From NCBI GenBank assembly GCA_963675245.1, contig OY775910.1, forward strand, positions 352,001 to 416,000: a stretch of 64,000 bases of DNA, read 5' to 3'. The position numbers were made by a program, and so were the translations under genes. Of this stretch, positions 32,425 to 42,400 are shown in pieces. This DNA comes from Acholeplasmataceae bacterium (GTDB taxonomy: Bacteria; Bacillota_I; Bacilli_A; Acholeplasmatales; Acholeplasmataceae). The notes beneath the pieces were generated by a model. That model did not search any database, was not told where the DNA came from, and saw only the letters and a list, made by a program, of their open reading frames with translations. How positions within the stretch are numbered: position 1 is the first letter of the stretch; each line of letters starts with the position of its first letter.

Positions 32425-33069
32425 TTAAGATGTCCTAAAATTTTTTTTGATTGGATCAGTGCACAAATCATATAGTGGACAATCTTGACATTTCGGATTC
32501 CTGGCTAAGCAATGATATCTTCCAAAGAAAATCAATTGATGATGAACTTGTTGCCATTTCTCTTTTGGTATTTTTTTATTAAGTTTTTGTTCAATGACCC
32601 ATACAGAGTCATTTTTTTTAGCAAGACCTAATCTTACAGCCACTCTTGCTACATGGGTATCCACAGCTAAGGCAGGAATACCAAAAGCATTACTTAAGAC
32701 GACGTTAGCTGTTTTTCTACCAACACCTGATAATGCCTCAATGTCGCTTCTATTTGAAGGCACTTCACCTTGATGTCTTTCGACTAATTGTATACTTAAA
32801 TTTTTGATGTGTTTTGCTTTATTCCTAAACAAACCAATAAATCTTAATTTGTTTTCTAAATCTTTTATATCCGCTTTAGCTAGCGCATAAGCATCAGGAT
32901 ATGCATTAAACAAATCGGGTGTGACTTTATTGACACTTTTATCGGTTGTTTGTGCAGAAAGGACAACCGCAATCAACAATTCGAAAGGATTTTTATGGTT
33001 TAACTCAACAGTAGCGTTAGGATACATCTCATCTAATACAGTTAATATATGTACTACTTTTTGTGTCAT
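32425..33069 (-). CDS. nth: Endonuclease III
   Basis: LSAQTTD, LSGVGRKTANV HhH, VDTH, C-x6-C-x2-C-x5-C. Confidence 0.97.
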   Translation of the reverse strand: MTQKVVHILTVLDEMYPNATVELNHKNPFELLIAVVLSAQTTDKSVNKVTPDLFNAYPDAYALAKADIKDLENKLRFIGLFRNKAKHIKNLSIQLVERHQGEVPSNRSDIEALSGVGRKTANVVLSNAFGIPALAVDTHVARVAVRLGLAKKNDSVWVIEQKLNKKIPKEKWQQVHHQLIFFGRYHCLARNPKCQDCPLYDLCTDPIKKNFRTS

Positions 33070-33677
33070 TTTATTTTCTTGAAAATAGCATCAAGTATTT
33101 TTTCGGTGTCATCATCAAGTTCAACCTTTGGCATAATTTGCTGTGTCAAGAGTCTTTCAACTTGTTTGACCGAAACTCTTGCACCAGCTGCATCGATTGC
33201 TTTCATGATTGCGTCATGTTGATATGTCTCATTTTCGTACCATGAGCGAATCATTTCTAGTTCGTATGCTTTTAAAACGCGTCCTAACCCTTGTTCAAAT
33301 AAGCGAATAGCCTCAGTAATATCTTTCTCTGATTTTTCAATAATTTCAGCTTTTTTATCTGCTGCATAAAGTTCTTCAATCCGTTTAAACGTTAATTCAA
33401 TATCGAAAATTTCACGCTCTTTACCATCTTTCTCCTCTAAATCAAGTGAAATAAAATGTTTTTTGAGAAGTGATTCAACATAATTTCCAATTTCTGGTTT
33501 TGTAAAATCTACGCGTTTGGAAATAGCGTTGATTGAAAAAGTTTTTCTTTTTTTGAAGATGGAAAAAAGTGCGACAAGCACTGTTACTTCAGGCATCGTT
33601 AATGAAAGTCTACGATATTCTTTTAACAAAATACGCTCAACTGAGAAGTCATATTCAGTAAATAATCTTTTAAGCAT
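33066..33677 (-). CDS. dnaD: DnaD/DnaB domain primosomal protein
   Basis: LLKEYRRLSLT N-terminus, FEQGLGRVL..YELEMIRSW DnaB_2-like motif; dnaD-nth order as in Bacillus. Confidence 0.75.
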   Translation of the reverse strand: MLKRLFTEYDFSVERILLKEYRRLSLTMPEVTVLVALFSIFKKRKTFSINAISKRVDFTKPEIGNYVESLLKKHFISLDLEEKDGKEREIFDIELTFKRIEELYAADKKAEIIEKSEKDITEAIRLFEQGLGRVLKAYELEMIRSWYENETYQHDAIMKAIDAAGARVSVKQVERLLTQQIMPKVELDDDTEKILDAIFKKIK

Positions 33678-34332
33678 AGATATTTCCTTTCTCTAACGCA
33701 TCCTTCGCAGCATTTTGTTCTGCCTCTTTTTTTGTTCTTCCACTGCCAGTACCTAAAACTATTTGATGATCTAATTTAACAGCAGCTTCAAAAAAACGAT
33801 GATGTGATGGACCTTTTTGACTAATAATATGATAGGATATGTTACGTTTATCGCCACCTTGAATAAATTCTTGAAGCGTTGATTTATAATCCTTAATCAC
33901 CCACACTTTATTTAAATAAGGAATAACGATACGTCTAAATAAGCTCTCTGCCTTTTTAAATCCAAGATCTAAGAAGGTCGCGCCAAAAAGTGCCTCAAAT
34001 GCATCGGCAATCATAGAATCATTGGCACCTTTAACGGTTTCACCTTTACCAAGTCTCATATAATCTTTGAGATTGATTTTAGCCGCGTAAATAACGAGCG
34101 CTTCTTCACAAACGGCTTGCGCTCTTCTTTTTGTGAGTTCACCTTCGTCTGCTAAATTTAAGCTGTAAAGATAATCACTCATCAAAAGTTCAATGACAGC
34201 GTCTCCTAGAAACTCAAGTTTTTCGTTTTTCTCTGTTTGATGTTCATTGGCATATGATGAATGCGTGAGTGCATCGACATAAAGCGATTCATCATTTACT
34301 TGTATTTTAAGTTGCTTTAAAAGCTCCTTCAT
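33670..34332 (-). CDS. rnc: Ribonuclease III
   Basis: ALTHSSY, NEKLEFLGDAV, ADAFEAL, dsRBD with KKEAEQNAA. Confidence 0.96.
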   Translation of the reverse strand: MKELLKQLKIQVNDESLYVDALTHSSYANEHQTEKNEKLEFLGDAVIELLMSDYLYSLNLADEGELTKRRAQAVCEEALVIYAAKINLKDYMRLGKGETVKGANDSMIADAFEALFGATFLDLGFKKAESLFRRIVIPYLNKVWVIKDYKSTLQEFIQGGDKRNISYHIISQKGPSHHRFFEAAVKLDHQIVLGTGSGRTKKEAEQNAAKDALEKGNIYA

Positions 34333-34333
34333 G

Positions 34334-35332
34334 TTATTCAGCCTTCTTACTTAATGTTTCGGTAACGATGTTAATCACATCAGCTTCCACCATTTCTTTT
34401 GCTTGTCTAATACCATTATAAAAACCATATGCATCTGATGAACCATGCGCTTTAATAACCACACCATTTAATCCCATGAGTAGTGCTCCACCAATTTCTG
34501 ATGCATCTAATGACTTCTTGAAACGATCCAGTGCTTTCCTCATAAAGAGTGCACCAATCATGCCCCCTAAAGATGCTTTAATCTCTCGTTTTAATATTGT
34601 ACCAAGTCCTTTTGCTGTACCTTCCATGGTCTTCATGACCATGTTGGCTGTGAAACCATCACTTAAGAATATATCCGCGTTTGATGACAATATCTCTTTG
34701 GTTTCTAAATTACCATAAAAATTAATATCCGGATTTTCTTTTAAGAGTTTAAATGCTTCTTTATCTAACTCTCTACCCTTTCCATCTTCAGTACCGATAT
34801 TCAATAAAGCGACTTGAGGATTTTCTCTTTTTAAAATCTTGTTGGCAACAACTGATGCATAAATCGCAAAGTCTACTAAATGTTCAGGTTTTGTATCTGT
34901 ATTTGCACCTGAATCTAATAAGATACGACCTCTACCATCAATGGATGGAACAATTGGTGCGATCGCTACACGTTGCATTTGTTTCATTCTTCTTAAAATA
35001 AAATGACCGGCAACAACTAAAGCCTGTGTTGGTCCAGAACTAACTATCGCGTCAGCTTTACCATCTTTAACTGCTTGCATCGCCATAAACATCGACATTT
35101 CTTTATTTGTTCTATATTGTTTAATTGGATCTTTTTCACCCATTTCTAAAAAATAAGGTGTATGAATCACAGATAAGCGATCATGTTGTTTTAAATATGG
35201 TGCCATCTTATTTTCATCACCAAACAAAATGATTTCAATATCTTTAAATTTATTGAGTGCTAATAATGCACCATTTACGATTTCTTTAGGTGCATAATCG
35301 CCACCCATTCCGTCAACTGCAATTCGTATCAT
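34334..35332 (-). CDS. plsX: Phosphate acyltransferase
   Basis: IAVDGMGGDYAP, LLNIGTEDGKG, IKAHGSSD. Confidence 0.96.
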   Translation of the reverse strand: MIRIAVDGMGGDYAPKEIVNGALLALNKFKDIEIILFGDENKMAPYLKQHDRLSVIHTPYFLEMGEKDPIKQYRTNKEMSMFMAMQAVKDGKADAIVSSGPTQALVVAGHFILRRMKQMQRVAIAPIVPSIDGRGRILLDSGANTDTKPEHLVDFAIYASVVANKILKRENPQVALLNIGTEDGKGRELDKEAFKLLKENPDINFYGNLETKEILSSNADIFLSDGFTANMVMKTMEGTAKGLGTILKREIKASLGGMIGALFMRKALDRFKKSLDASEIGGALLMGLNGVVIKAHGSSDAYGFYNGIRQAKEMVEADVINIVTETLSKKAE

Positions 35333-35371
35333 AATGGTTACCCTTCGCTTTCTTAAACTGTTTTTAGTATA

Positions 35372-37333
35372 TCATATCTTAAGAGATTCATTCACGTGCT
35401 TTCTTAAATATTGATAGCGTTCATTCGTGTAAAAATCTGGTCTTTCAAATAGATCAACCACATTTTTATGGGCTTCATGGAGAATGTTGTAGTCATTTGA
35501 TAACTCTAAAAAATTAAATTTAAGATATCCGGATTGTTCGACACCAATAAAATCTCCTGGACCTCTCTGAGCAAGATCAAATTCAGATAATTTAAATCCA
35601 TCATTGGTTTTAGTCATCAATTCTAAGCGTTCTAAATCCTGTTTTTCACTCACTAGATAACACGTACTTGGTAAGTCACCTCGACCGATTCTTCCACGTA
35701 ATTGGTGAAGTTGTGATAACCCAAAGTGTTCTGCTGATAAGATGATCATTTGGGTGGCTGTAGGAATATCAATGCCTACTTCTACCATCGTTGTTGATAA
35801 TAGCACACTACCTGGGGTTTCTCTGAATTTTTCCATGACATCACCTTGTTCATCTTTTGATAGTTGACCATGTAAAACAAATAATGGATGATGCATGTAT
35901 TTTAATTTTTCTTTCGTCACAATAATATTATCTTTCACTTGTTCACTTGAAATAGCAGGCACAACAATAAATGCGTGTTCACCTCTAGTTAATGCTTTTT
36001 CAATATCCATAAATACTTTTTGTTCGTTTTTTTGATCAACTAATTTGGTTATCACCGGAGTCCTTTTAGCTGGTTTTTCACGAATCACCGATACATTGGA
36101 TTCACCAAAAGAAACCATTGCTAGCGTTCTAGGAATAGGCGTCGCAGTTAAATACAACACATCTTTTGCATGACCTTTATCAATTAATGTTTGTCTTGCA
36201 TCAACACCAAATTTATGTTGCTCATCGATAATGACAAACCCTAGTTTTTTAAATTGAACATCTGTTTCAATCAGTGCTTGTGTGCCAATAACGATATCAA
36301 ATTCTTGATTTAATATCGCTTTTTTAACTTGTTCCTTGTTTTTTGTCTTTTGGGTTAATAATGCGATATTCAAGTCTTTGAGCAACGACGAAAATAATGT
36401 ATAGTGTTGATTTGCCAGTAAGGTTGTTGGTGCCATTAATGCTACTTGTTCACCTGCTGTAGCTACCGCGTATGCCGCGATTAACGAGACAATTGTTTTG
36501 CCTGAACCTACATCACCTTGAACAAGTCTTATATGAGAGTACTCACTTTTAAAATCCTTAAATATATCGTTTGTTGCCTGTTTCTGATCACTGGTTAATT
36601 CATATGGTAATTGCCGAATAAGTGTTTTCACTTTTTCGATATCATAGACTTTTGGTAGACGCTTGCTACTAGCTAATTGATTCGCAACCAATTTAAGTTG
36701 TAAGAAGAATGCTTCTTCATATTTAAAACGTCGTTCTGCGTGTTGAATATCTTCAAATGATTTAGGTATATGAAGCATTTGATATGCTTTAAGGCGTTGA
36801 GGTAAATGGTATGTTTTTAGAAACTCATGAGGAATAGTCTCAAATATTTGAACCTGTTTTGTATCAAATATTTCTTTCATCAAATTTTGAATTTGTCTGT
36901 CATACACCCCTTCTATTTTATAAATAGGTTTAATCGGTGAATGACCTGTCACTTTAGAAATGTAACTCGCGACAATCTTTTTATGATATAGATGATACGT
37001 TCCTTTAACTAAAACAAGTGATTGTTCAGTTAATTGTTTCATGAGATAAGCACGATTAAAAATAACCACATCAATCACTTGATCAACCACTTTTATTTGA
37101 CATGTAATCACATGAACTTTACCATAAGGATTCTCTTTTAAAGGAGAGACAACTGTCCCTTGAACAGTGATTTTTTCTAGATGCTTAGCTTGTGATAATG
37201 ATCGAACAGTGAAGTCTTCATAACTCCTTGGATAATGCAAAACAAGATCGTATGTCGACCATATGTTTTGATTTCGAAAATGTTTTAATAATGAAGGCCC
37301 AATGCCTTTTATGTGCTCTAGTTTGACTTCCAT
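35372..37333 (-). CDS. recG: ATP-dependent DNA helicase RecG
   Basis: QGDVGSGKT, DEQHKFG, TATPIPRTL, QLHQLRGRIGRG, RGPGDFIG. Confidence 0.96.
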   Translation of the reverse strand: MEVKLEHIKGIGPSLLKHFRNQNIWSTYDLVLHYPRSYEDFTVRSLSQAKHLEKITVQGTVVSPLKENPYGKVHVITCQIKVVDQVIDVVIFNRAYLMKQLTEQSLVLVKGTYHLYHKKIVASYISKVTGHSPIKPIYKIEGVYDRQIQNLMKEIFDTKQVQIFETIPHEFLKTYHLPQRLKAYQMLHIPKSFEDIQHAERRFKYEEAFFLQLKLVANQLASSKRLPKVYDIEKVKTLIRQLPYELTSDQKQATNDIFKDFKSEYSHIRLVQGDVGSGKTIVSLIAAYAVATAGEQVALMAPTTLLANQHYTLFSSLLKDLNIALLTQKTKNKEQVKKAILNQEFDIVIGTQALIETDVQFKKLGFVIIDEQHKFGVDARQTLIDKGHAKDVLYLTATPIPRTLAMVSFGESNVSVIREKPAKRTPVITKLVDQKNEQKVFMDIEKALTRGEHAFIVVPAISSEQVKDNIIVTKEKLKYMHHPLFVLHGQLSKDEQGDVMEKFRETPGSVLLSTTMVEVGIDIPTATQMIILSAEHFGLSQLHQLRGRIGRGDLPSTCYLVSEKQDLERLELMTKTNDGFKLSEFDLAQRGPGDFIGVEQSGYLKFNFLELSNDYNILHEAHKNVVDLFERPDFYTNERYQYLRKHVNESLKI

Positions 37334-38310
37334 GCTTTAGATTGTAACATCATATCAGCTAAAACAATCGCGATGACGTTTTCTAAAACGACACCAATGC
37401 GTCTGATAATCGCGACATCGTGTCTTCCCCCGATTTCAAGATCACTGACTTCATTTTTACTAAAATCAAAGGTATGTTGTTTCTTTTGAATGGATGATGT
37501 TGGTTTGACGAGTACTTTGATAATGAGATCATTACCGTTTGAAATACCACCACTTACACCACCACTATGATTAGTTTTAGTGATACCACGATCATTGATA
37601 AACGCATCATTCCATGCTGATCCGAGCTTATCTGCCGCTTCAAACCCTGCCCCAAATGAAACACCTCGTACAGCAGGAACACTCATCACCATTTTAGCTA
37701 TTTCGGCATCAAGTTTATGAAAGAAAGGTTCTCCTAAACCAATAGGTACATCTTTGACAACAACCTTGACGATACCTCCTACTGAATCGCCTGCTTTAGC
37801 GACTTCTAGAAGATATTCATCTAAATGTGATAAATCTGTTAGCGTACCAACACGTACCATTTCACTAGAAAATTGGAAAGGTAGTATCATTTTTGCTAGA
37901 CTTCCAGCAGCAACTAGTGGTGCTGTAAGTCGACCTGAAAAACGACCACCACCACGATAATCATGAAAACCATTATATTTAACATTCGCAACAAAATCAG
38001 CATGTCCCGGTCTTGGCTGATGAACTAGTTTTTCATAATCTTTTGATTTCATATTATGATTTTCAATCATTAAATGAATCGGTGAACCGGTTGCTTTTCC
38101 ATTGAAAACACCAGAAGTGATTCTAAATTCATCTGCTTCTTTTCTTGGAGTGGTTCCAACAGCACCTGGTTTTCTTCTATCTAAATCTTGTTTGATAAGA
38201 TCTAAATCAATTTCAGTGCCTGGTATCATACCATCCACAACAACACCAATCGCATCTTGATGAGATTCACCATATAATGTGACTTTAAATAAGTTCCCAT
38301 AACTATTCAT
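37318..38310 (-). CDS. aroC: Chorismate synthase
   Basis: GESH, RPGHAD, RGGGRFSGR, KPTSSI, GRHD. Confidence 0.96.
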   Translation of the reverse strand: MNSYGNLFKVTLYGESHQDAIGVVVDGMIPGTEIDLDLIKQDLDRRKPGAVGTTPRKEADEFRITSGVFNGKATGSPIHLMIENHNMKSKDYEKLVHQPRPGHADFVANVKYNGFHDYRGGGRFSGRLTAPLVAAGSLAKMILPFQFSSEMVRVGTLTDLSHLDEYLLEVAKAGDSVGGIVKVVVKDVPIGLGEPFFHKLDAEIAKMVMSVPAVRGVSFGAGFEAADKLGSAWNDAFINDRGITKTNHSGGVSGGISNGNDLIIKVLVKPTSSIQKKQHTFDFSKNEVSDLEIGGRHDVAIIRRIGVVLENVIAIVLADMMLQSKAWKSN

Positions 38311-39085
38311 GGATGATAGCCTCCTTTATTTCTTTCATTAATTTTGGTTTAATCTTGATTTGTTTTTCTAACCAATCCATTTCACTATATAAGGCCTGAA
38401 TAATAAGCATGTCTAGTCCACTTATACCCCGTTTAGCACTTTTAATGAATGTCGTTTCCATTGGATTATAGATCAAATCAATCACGGTTTTGTCTTTAAT
38501 CAATTCCCGGTTGATTGGACTGTCATCGACGTTTGGATAGGTCCCCACTGGCGTAGCATTAACAACGATATCAACCTCATCTGGATTAAAAGATTGATAG
38601 CCAATCACTCGTTTAAAAGTCTCTGATAAGTGTGGCTTTCTAGAAACAACCGTCACGATCGCACCCAAGTCCATTAATACGGTATAAACCGCTTTGGCTG
38701 CGCCACCTGTTCCCAATATATAAACGTGTTTCTTTTTAACTTTTATTTTATTATACTTAAGTAACCCTTTAAATCCTTCATAGTCTGTGTTGTCGCCACA
38801 TACACGACCATTTTGATAATAAAGGGTGTTTACTGCGCCAATTCGTTTCGCGTTATCCGTTAGTAGTTCAACATATTTCATGACATCTTCTTTATAAGGA
38901 ATCGTCACATTAAACCCATGATACTCGCCATTTTTTAAAGCCGTAATCATACCCGATAATTCATCAGGCTTAATATCTAATATCTCATACTTAAAAGGCA
39001 CATTTAAAAATGGTGCCATATATTGATGAATGAGTGGTGATTTTGAATAACCGATATGTTGACCGATTAGTCCAAATGTCATCAT
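38303..39085 (-). CDS. aroE: Shikimate dehydrogenase
   Basis: SKSPLIH, NVTIPYK, GAVNT, NTDY, GTGGAA. Confidence 0.95.
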   Translation of the reverse strand: MMTFGLIGQHIGYSKSPLIHQYMAPFLNVPFKYEILDIKPDELSGMITALKNGEYHGFNVTIPYKEDVMKYVELLTDNAKRIGAVNTLYYQNGRVCGDNTDYEGFKGLLKYNKIKVKKKHVYILGTGGAAKAVYTVLMDLGAIVTVVSRKPHLSETFKRVIGYQSFNPDEVDIVVNATPVGTYPNVDDSPINRELIKDKTVIDLIYNPMETTFIKSAKRGISGLDMLIIQALYSEMDWLEKQIKIKPKLMKEIKEAIIHE

Positions 39086-39336
39086 TTTTGAATCTCCTTG
39101 GATAACCGCATGATTTCTTTAATGAACGCTTTGTAGTATGGCCAAAAAGATTCATCGTTTAACCGTTTACGTAGTCTATCATAGACTGCCTTTTCTCTTG
39201 ATTCATCAAAAACGGGTAAACCCGCTTCTTTTTTTGCATCACCAATCTGTTTTGAAACAGCCATACGTGATTTAAAAAGTTCTAGTAGTTCTTCATCAAT
39301 TTGATTTATTTGTATTCTTAATTCATCAATAGTCAT
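39082..39336 (-). CDS. Chorismate mutase (AroQ class, monofunctional)
   Basis: IDELRIQINQIDEELLELFKSR...IGDAK...VFDESRE; GGAG RBS before MTIDEL. Confidence 0.9.
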   Translation of the reverse strand: MTIDELRIQINQIDEELLELFKSRMAVSKQIGDAKKEAGLPVFDESREKAVYDRLRKRLNDESFWPYYKAFIKEIMRLSKEIQK

Positions 39337-40582
39337 CGACTTCTCCTCCGAGTGACATATAATCTTTAAAAAAGGTAGGATAAGATTTATTAATACATGA
39401 TGCGCCTTCAATCGTAATTGGACCGTCAGCCAAAATGGTTGCTACTGCGATTGACATCGCGATACGGTGATCATTAAAAGCACTTAATGTTTGATGACCT
39501 TTAAATGTTGATTGACCTGCAATTGTGACTGTATCACCATCAACAATGACATCAACCCCTAGTTTAGTCAATATTTGAATCATTGCACTTAAACGATCAC
39601 TTTCTTTTATGCGTAATCTTTCACAATTAAGAAAAACAGATTGTCCTTTAGATCTCGCAGCTAATACCATTAAAATAGGTCCCAAATCAGGGATATCTTT
39701 TAAATCAATTGTCATTCCAAAAGTGTCAGATGGATGAATAATATAACCTTGTTCTGTCGATTCAATTTTTCCACCCATTTCTTTTATCACATCAACGATT
39801 GCCTTATCACCTTGAAGACTTTTGTGTGAAAGATGGTTTAAATGAATCGGTTTTTTACCTAAAAGACCAGCAACCATCCAAAAAGCGGCTTGTGAATAAT
39901 CACCTTCTACAACTGCTTGTTGCGGTTTATAATGTTGACTTCCTTTAATGTAATAATAATGATCCACACTTAAAATATGAATACCAAATTTTTTTAAAAC
40001 TGAAAGCGTTAAATCCACATATCCCTTTGATTCCAAAGGTGTGGTTAATTCAATCACTGAATCTTCTCTTCTTAAAGGAAGCGCAAATAGTAAACCAGAA
40101 ATAAACTGACTACTCACATTACCACGAATTGGATAATGTCCCCCTTTAAGTTTACCTTTAAGTGTTAAAGGTAGTTCATCTTGACTTTCTTTTTCAAATG
40201 TTACATGCTTCGATTTAAAAAGCTCTTCATATTGGTCCAAAGGTCTCTTAACTAATCGACCCTCACCGTGAATGGTAATCCGTTCATTATCAAGTAAATA
40301 AATAGGAATCATGAAGCGTAATGTTGAACCAGATTCTTTGATGTTTACACGTGTTTTTATAATCTTATTTTTTCCACCATGAACGTGATCACCATCAAAT
40401 GTTACACCAAACGCTTCGAGTGCTTCTTTAGTCGCATCGATATCATTCGCATGTAAGACATTAGAAATATGACTGATACCATCTGCCAAACCGGCAGCAA
40501 TCAAATATCTGTGCGATAAAGATTTAGATGAAACAACATTTAATTGACCACTGAGTGGTTTTGGTGTAATTGTGACGTTCAT
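39326..40582 (-). CDS. aroA: EPSP synthase
   Basis: SKSLSHR, ESGSTLRF, SSQFISGLL, LRIKESDRL, DHRIAM. Confidence 0.96.
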   Translation of the reverse strand: MNVTITPKPLSGQLNVVSSKSLSHRYLIAAGLADGISHISNVLHANDIDATKEALEAFGVTFDGDHVHGGKNKIIKTRVNIKESGSTLRFMIPIYLLDNERITIHGEGRLVKRPLDQYEELFKSKHVTFEKESQDELPLTLKGKLKGGHYPIRGNVSSQFISGLLFALPLRREDSVIELTTPLESKGYVDLTLSVLKKFGIHILSVDHYYYIKGSQHYKPQQAVVEGDYSQAAFWMVAGLLGKKPIHLNHLSHKSLQGDKAIVDVIKEMGGKIESTEQGYIIHPSDTFGMTIDLKDIPDLGPILMVLAARSKGQSVFLNCERLRIKESDRLSAMIQILTKLGVDVIVDGDTVTIAGQSTFKGHQTLSAFNDHRIAMSIAVATILADGPITIEGASCINKSYPTFFKDYMSLGGEVDDY

Positions 40583-41583
40583 GATAAATCCTCGATACCC
40601 ACTTTTTGAATCACAGGTTTACCAATCGCTTCTAATAAAATGAAATGAAAGCCATCTGCTGTATTCTTTTTATCTGTGGAAAGTCCCTCTATAAAGCGAT
40701 CTTTAGTCAGTAGTGGTTCATGAACTAACTGCCATGATAGAAGTGTTCCTTTGACTTCATCATAAAGTTCATCAGGTGTAATATTAAGTTGATTACCAAT
40801 TTCTATCGCCATCAACATACCATAGCTAATTGCTTCTCCATGTTTAAACATATTATAGTTAAAATACTTTTCAATGGCATGTCCGAATGTGTGACCAAAG
40901 TTTAAATACATGCGTTCTTTTTTATCGAAAGGATCGATATCAACAACGCTTTTTTTCACGTGAATGGCATTCACTAATTGGGCTTCTGTGAGCACAATTG
41001 GACGTCTAACTTGAGCATATAAATGCGCATTCCCAATGAGGCCAGCTTTAATCACTTCAGCCATACCATTTCGATATTCTTCTTTGCTTAATGTTGATAA
41101 AAAAGCCATATCAATCAATACCATTTTCGGTTGATAAAATACACCTAATAAATTCTTACCTTCCGGTAAATCAATGCCTGTTTTACCACCAATAGATGAA
41201 TCCACCATGGCGAGTAAAGTAGTTGGAATTTGAATAAATGGTACACCTCTATATAGGGTTGCAGCAACAAACCCAGAAAGATCTCCCACAACTCCACCAC
41301 CGAGTGCTAGAATCATGTGTTCTCTTTTTAGTCCTTTATCAATAAGATCTGAAATCACATTTAAATACGTACCGTAAACTTTTGATGTTTCTCCAGGTGG
41401 AATCACAGTGAAAGAAAGATCAAAATCAGATAATGCTTTTCTTACTTTTTCTTCATAAAGTGAAAAGACTGTTTCATCGGTGATGATAAACAGTTTACGG
41501 TATGTATATAACGATTTGATATGTGTCTGAAAATGATTTAACTTTTCAAACACAATCTCATAATTATTCATTGGAATCTTCAT
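40579..41583 (-). CDS. aroB: 3-dehydroquinate synthase
   Basis: GGGVVGD, PTTLLAMVDSSIGGK, LNFGHTFGHAIE, HGEA. Confidence 0.96.
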   Translation of the reverse strand: MKIPMNNYEIVFEKLNHFQTHIKSLYTYRKLFIITDETVFSLYEEKVRKALSDFDLSFTVIPPGETSKVYGTYLNVISDLIDKGLKREHMILALGGGVVGDLSGFVAATLYRGVPFIQIPTTLLAMVDSSIGGKTGIDLPEGKNLLGVFYQPKMVLIDMAFLSTLSKEEYRNGMAEVIKAGLIGNAHLYAQVRRPIVLTEAQLVNAIHVKKSVVDIDPFDKKERMYLNFGHTFGHAIEKYFNYNMFKHGEAISYGMLMAIEIGNQLNITPDELYDEVKGTLLSWQLVHEPLLTKDRFIEGLSTDKKNTADGFHFILLEAIGKPVIQKVGIEDLS

Positions 41584-42400
41584 CGAACGATTTCCTCTTT
41601 TCGGTTGCTTTTTCCATATATGATATCAAATTTTCTTTCTCATCTTTTTTAATCATATCTTTGACTAAATCAAGTTGATATTCGAAGTTTTTAATTTGTT
41701 CTAATAATGCTTCTTTATTTTCGCTAAACAATTCAGTCCACATATTCGCGTTGATTTTAGCAATTCTTGTTAAATCTCTATAAGAATCACCAGTCGCTTC
41801 TTTTGTTTGACTAAATGAATCTGAGTTCACTAAACTTATGGCTAATACATGTGTAAGCTGACTAGTAAAAGCGATGAGTTGATCATGTGTTTTCGCATCA
41901 ACGACCATCACACGACCAAATTTTAATTCAGATGCAATCTCTCTTAATACCGTTTCATCCTGATTAGTACTTCTTTCGCTTTTAACGATGATGAAATTCG
42001 CACCTATAAAAATATCTTTATCTTTGACATCATAACCACTCGTCTCCTTACCCGCCATAGGATGATGTGATGTATAACTTATACCCTCAGGTAAAATCTT
42101 TTCGATTTCTGGTATCATCCACACTTTTGTACCACTTACATCAGTGACGAATTGTCCAGGTTTAAATAATGATTGATGCTCTTTGATAAATGCGATGTTG
42201 TGTTTAGGATATAACCCTAAAATAACAACATCTGCCTCACTCAATTTAGAGAGTGAATTATCAGCAGACACAATCCCTTCTTTAATGGCTTGTTCGATCC
42301 TACTTGTGGTTCTATTCCAAGCATATATCGTATGATGTTGTGATAGACCTTCAGCGTATGACGCACCAATAAGTCCTAAGCCTACGATAAAAATTTTCAT
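41564..42400 (-). CDS. tyrA: Prephenate/arogenate dehydrogenase
   Basis: GLGLIGAS, HPMAGKE, HDQLIAFTSQLTH, SYRDLTRIA. Confidence 0.93.
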   Translation of the reverse strand: MKIFIVGLGLIGASYAEGLSQHHTIYAWNRTTSRIEQAIKEGIVSADNSLSKLSEADVVILGLYPKHNIAFIKEHQSLFKPGQFVTDVSGTKVWMIPEIEKILPEGISYTSHHPMAGKETSGYDVKDKDIFIGANFIIVKSERSTNQDETVLREIASELKFGRVMVVDAKTHDQLIAFTSQLTHVLAISLVNSDSFSQTKEATGDSYRDLTRIAKINANMWTELFSENKEALLEQIKNFEYQLDLVKDMIKKDEKENLISYMEKATEKRKSFDEDSNE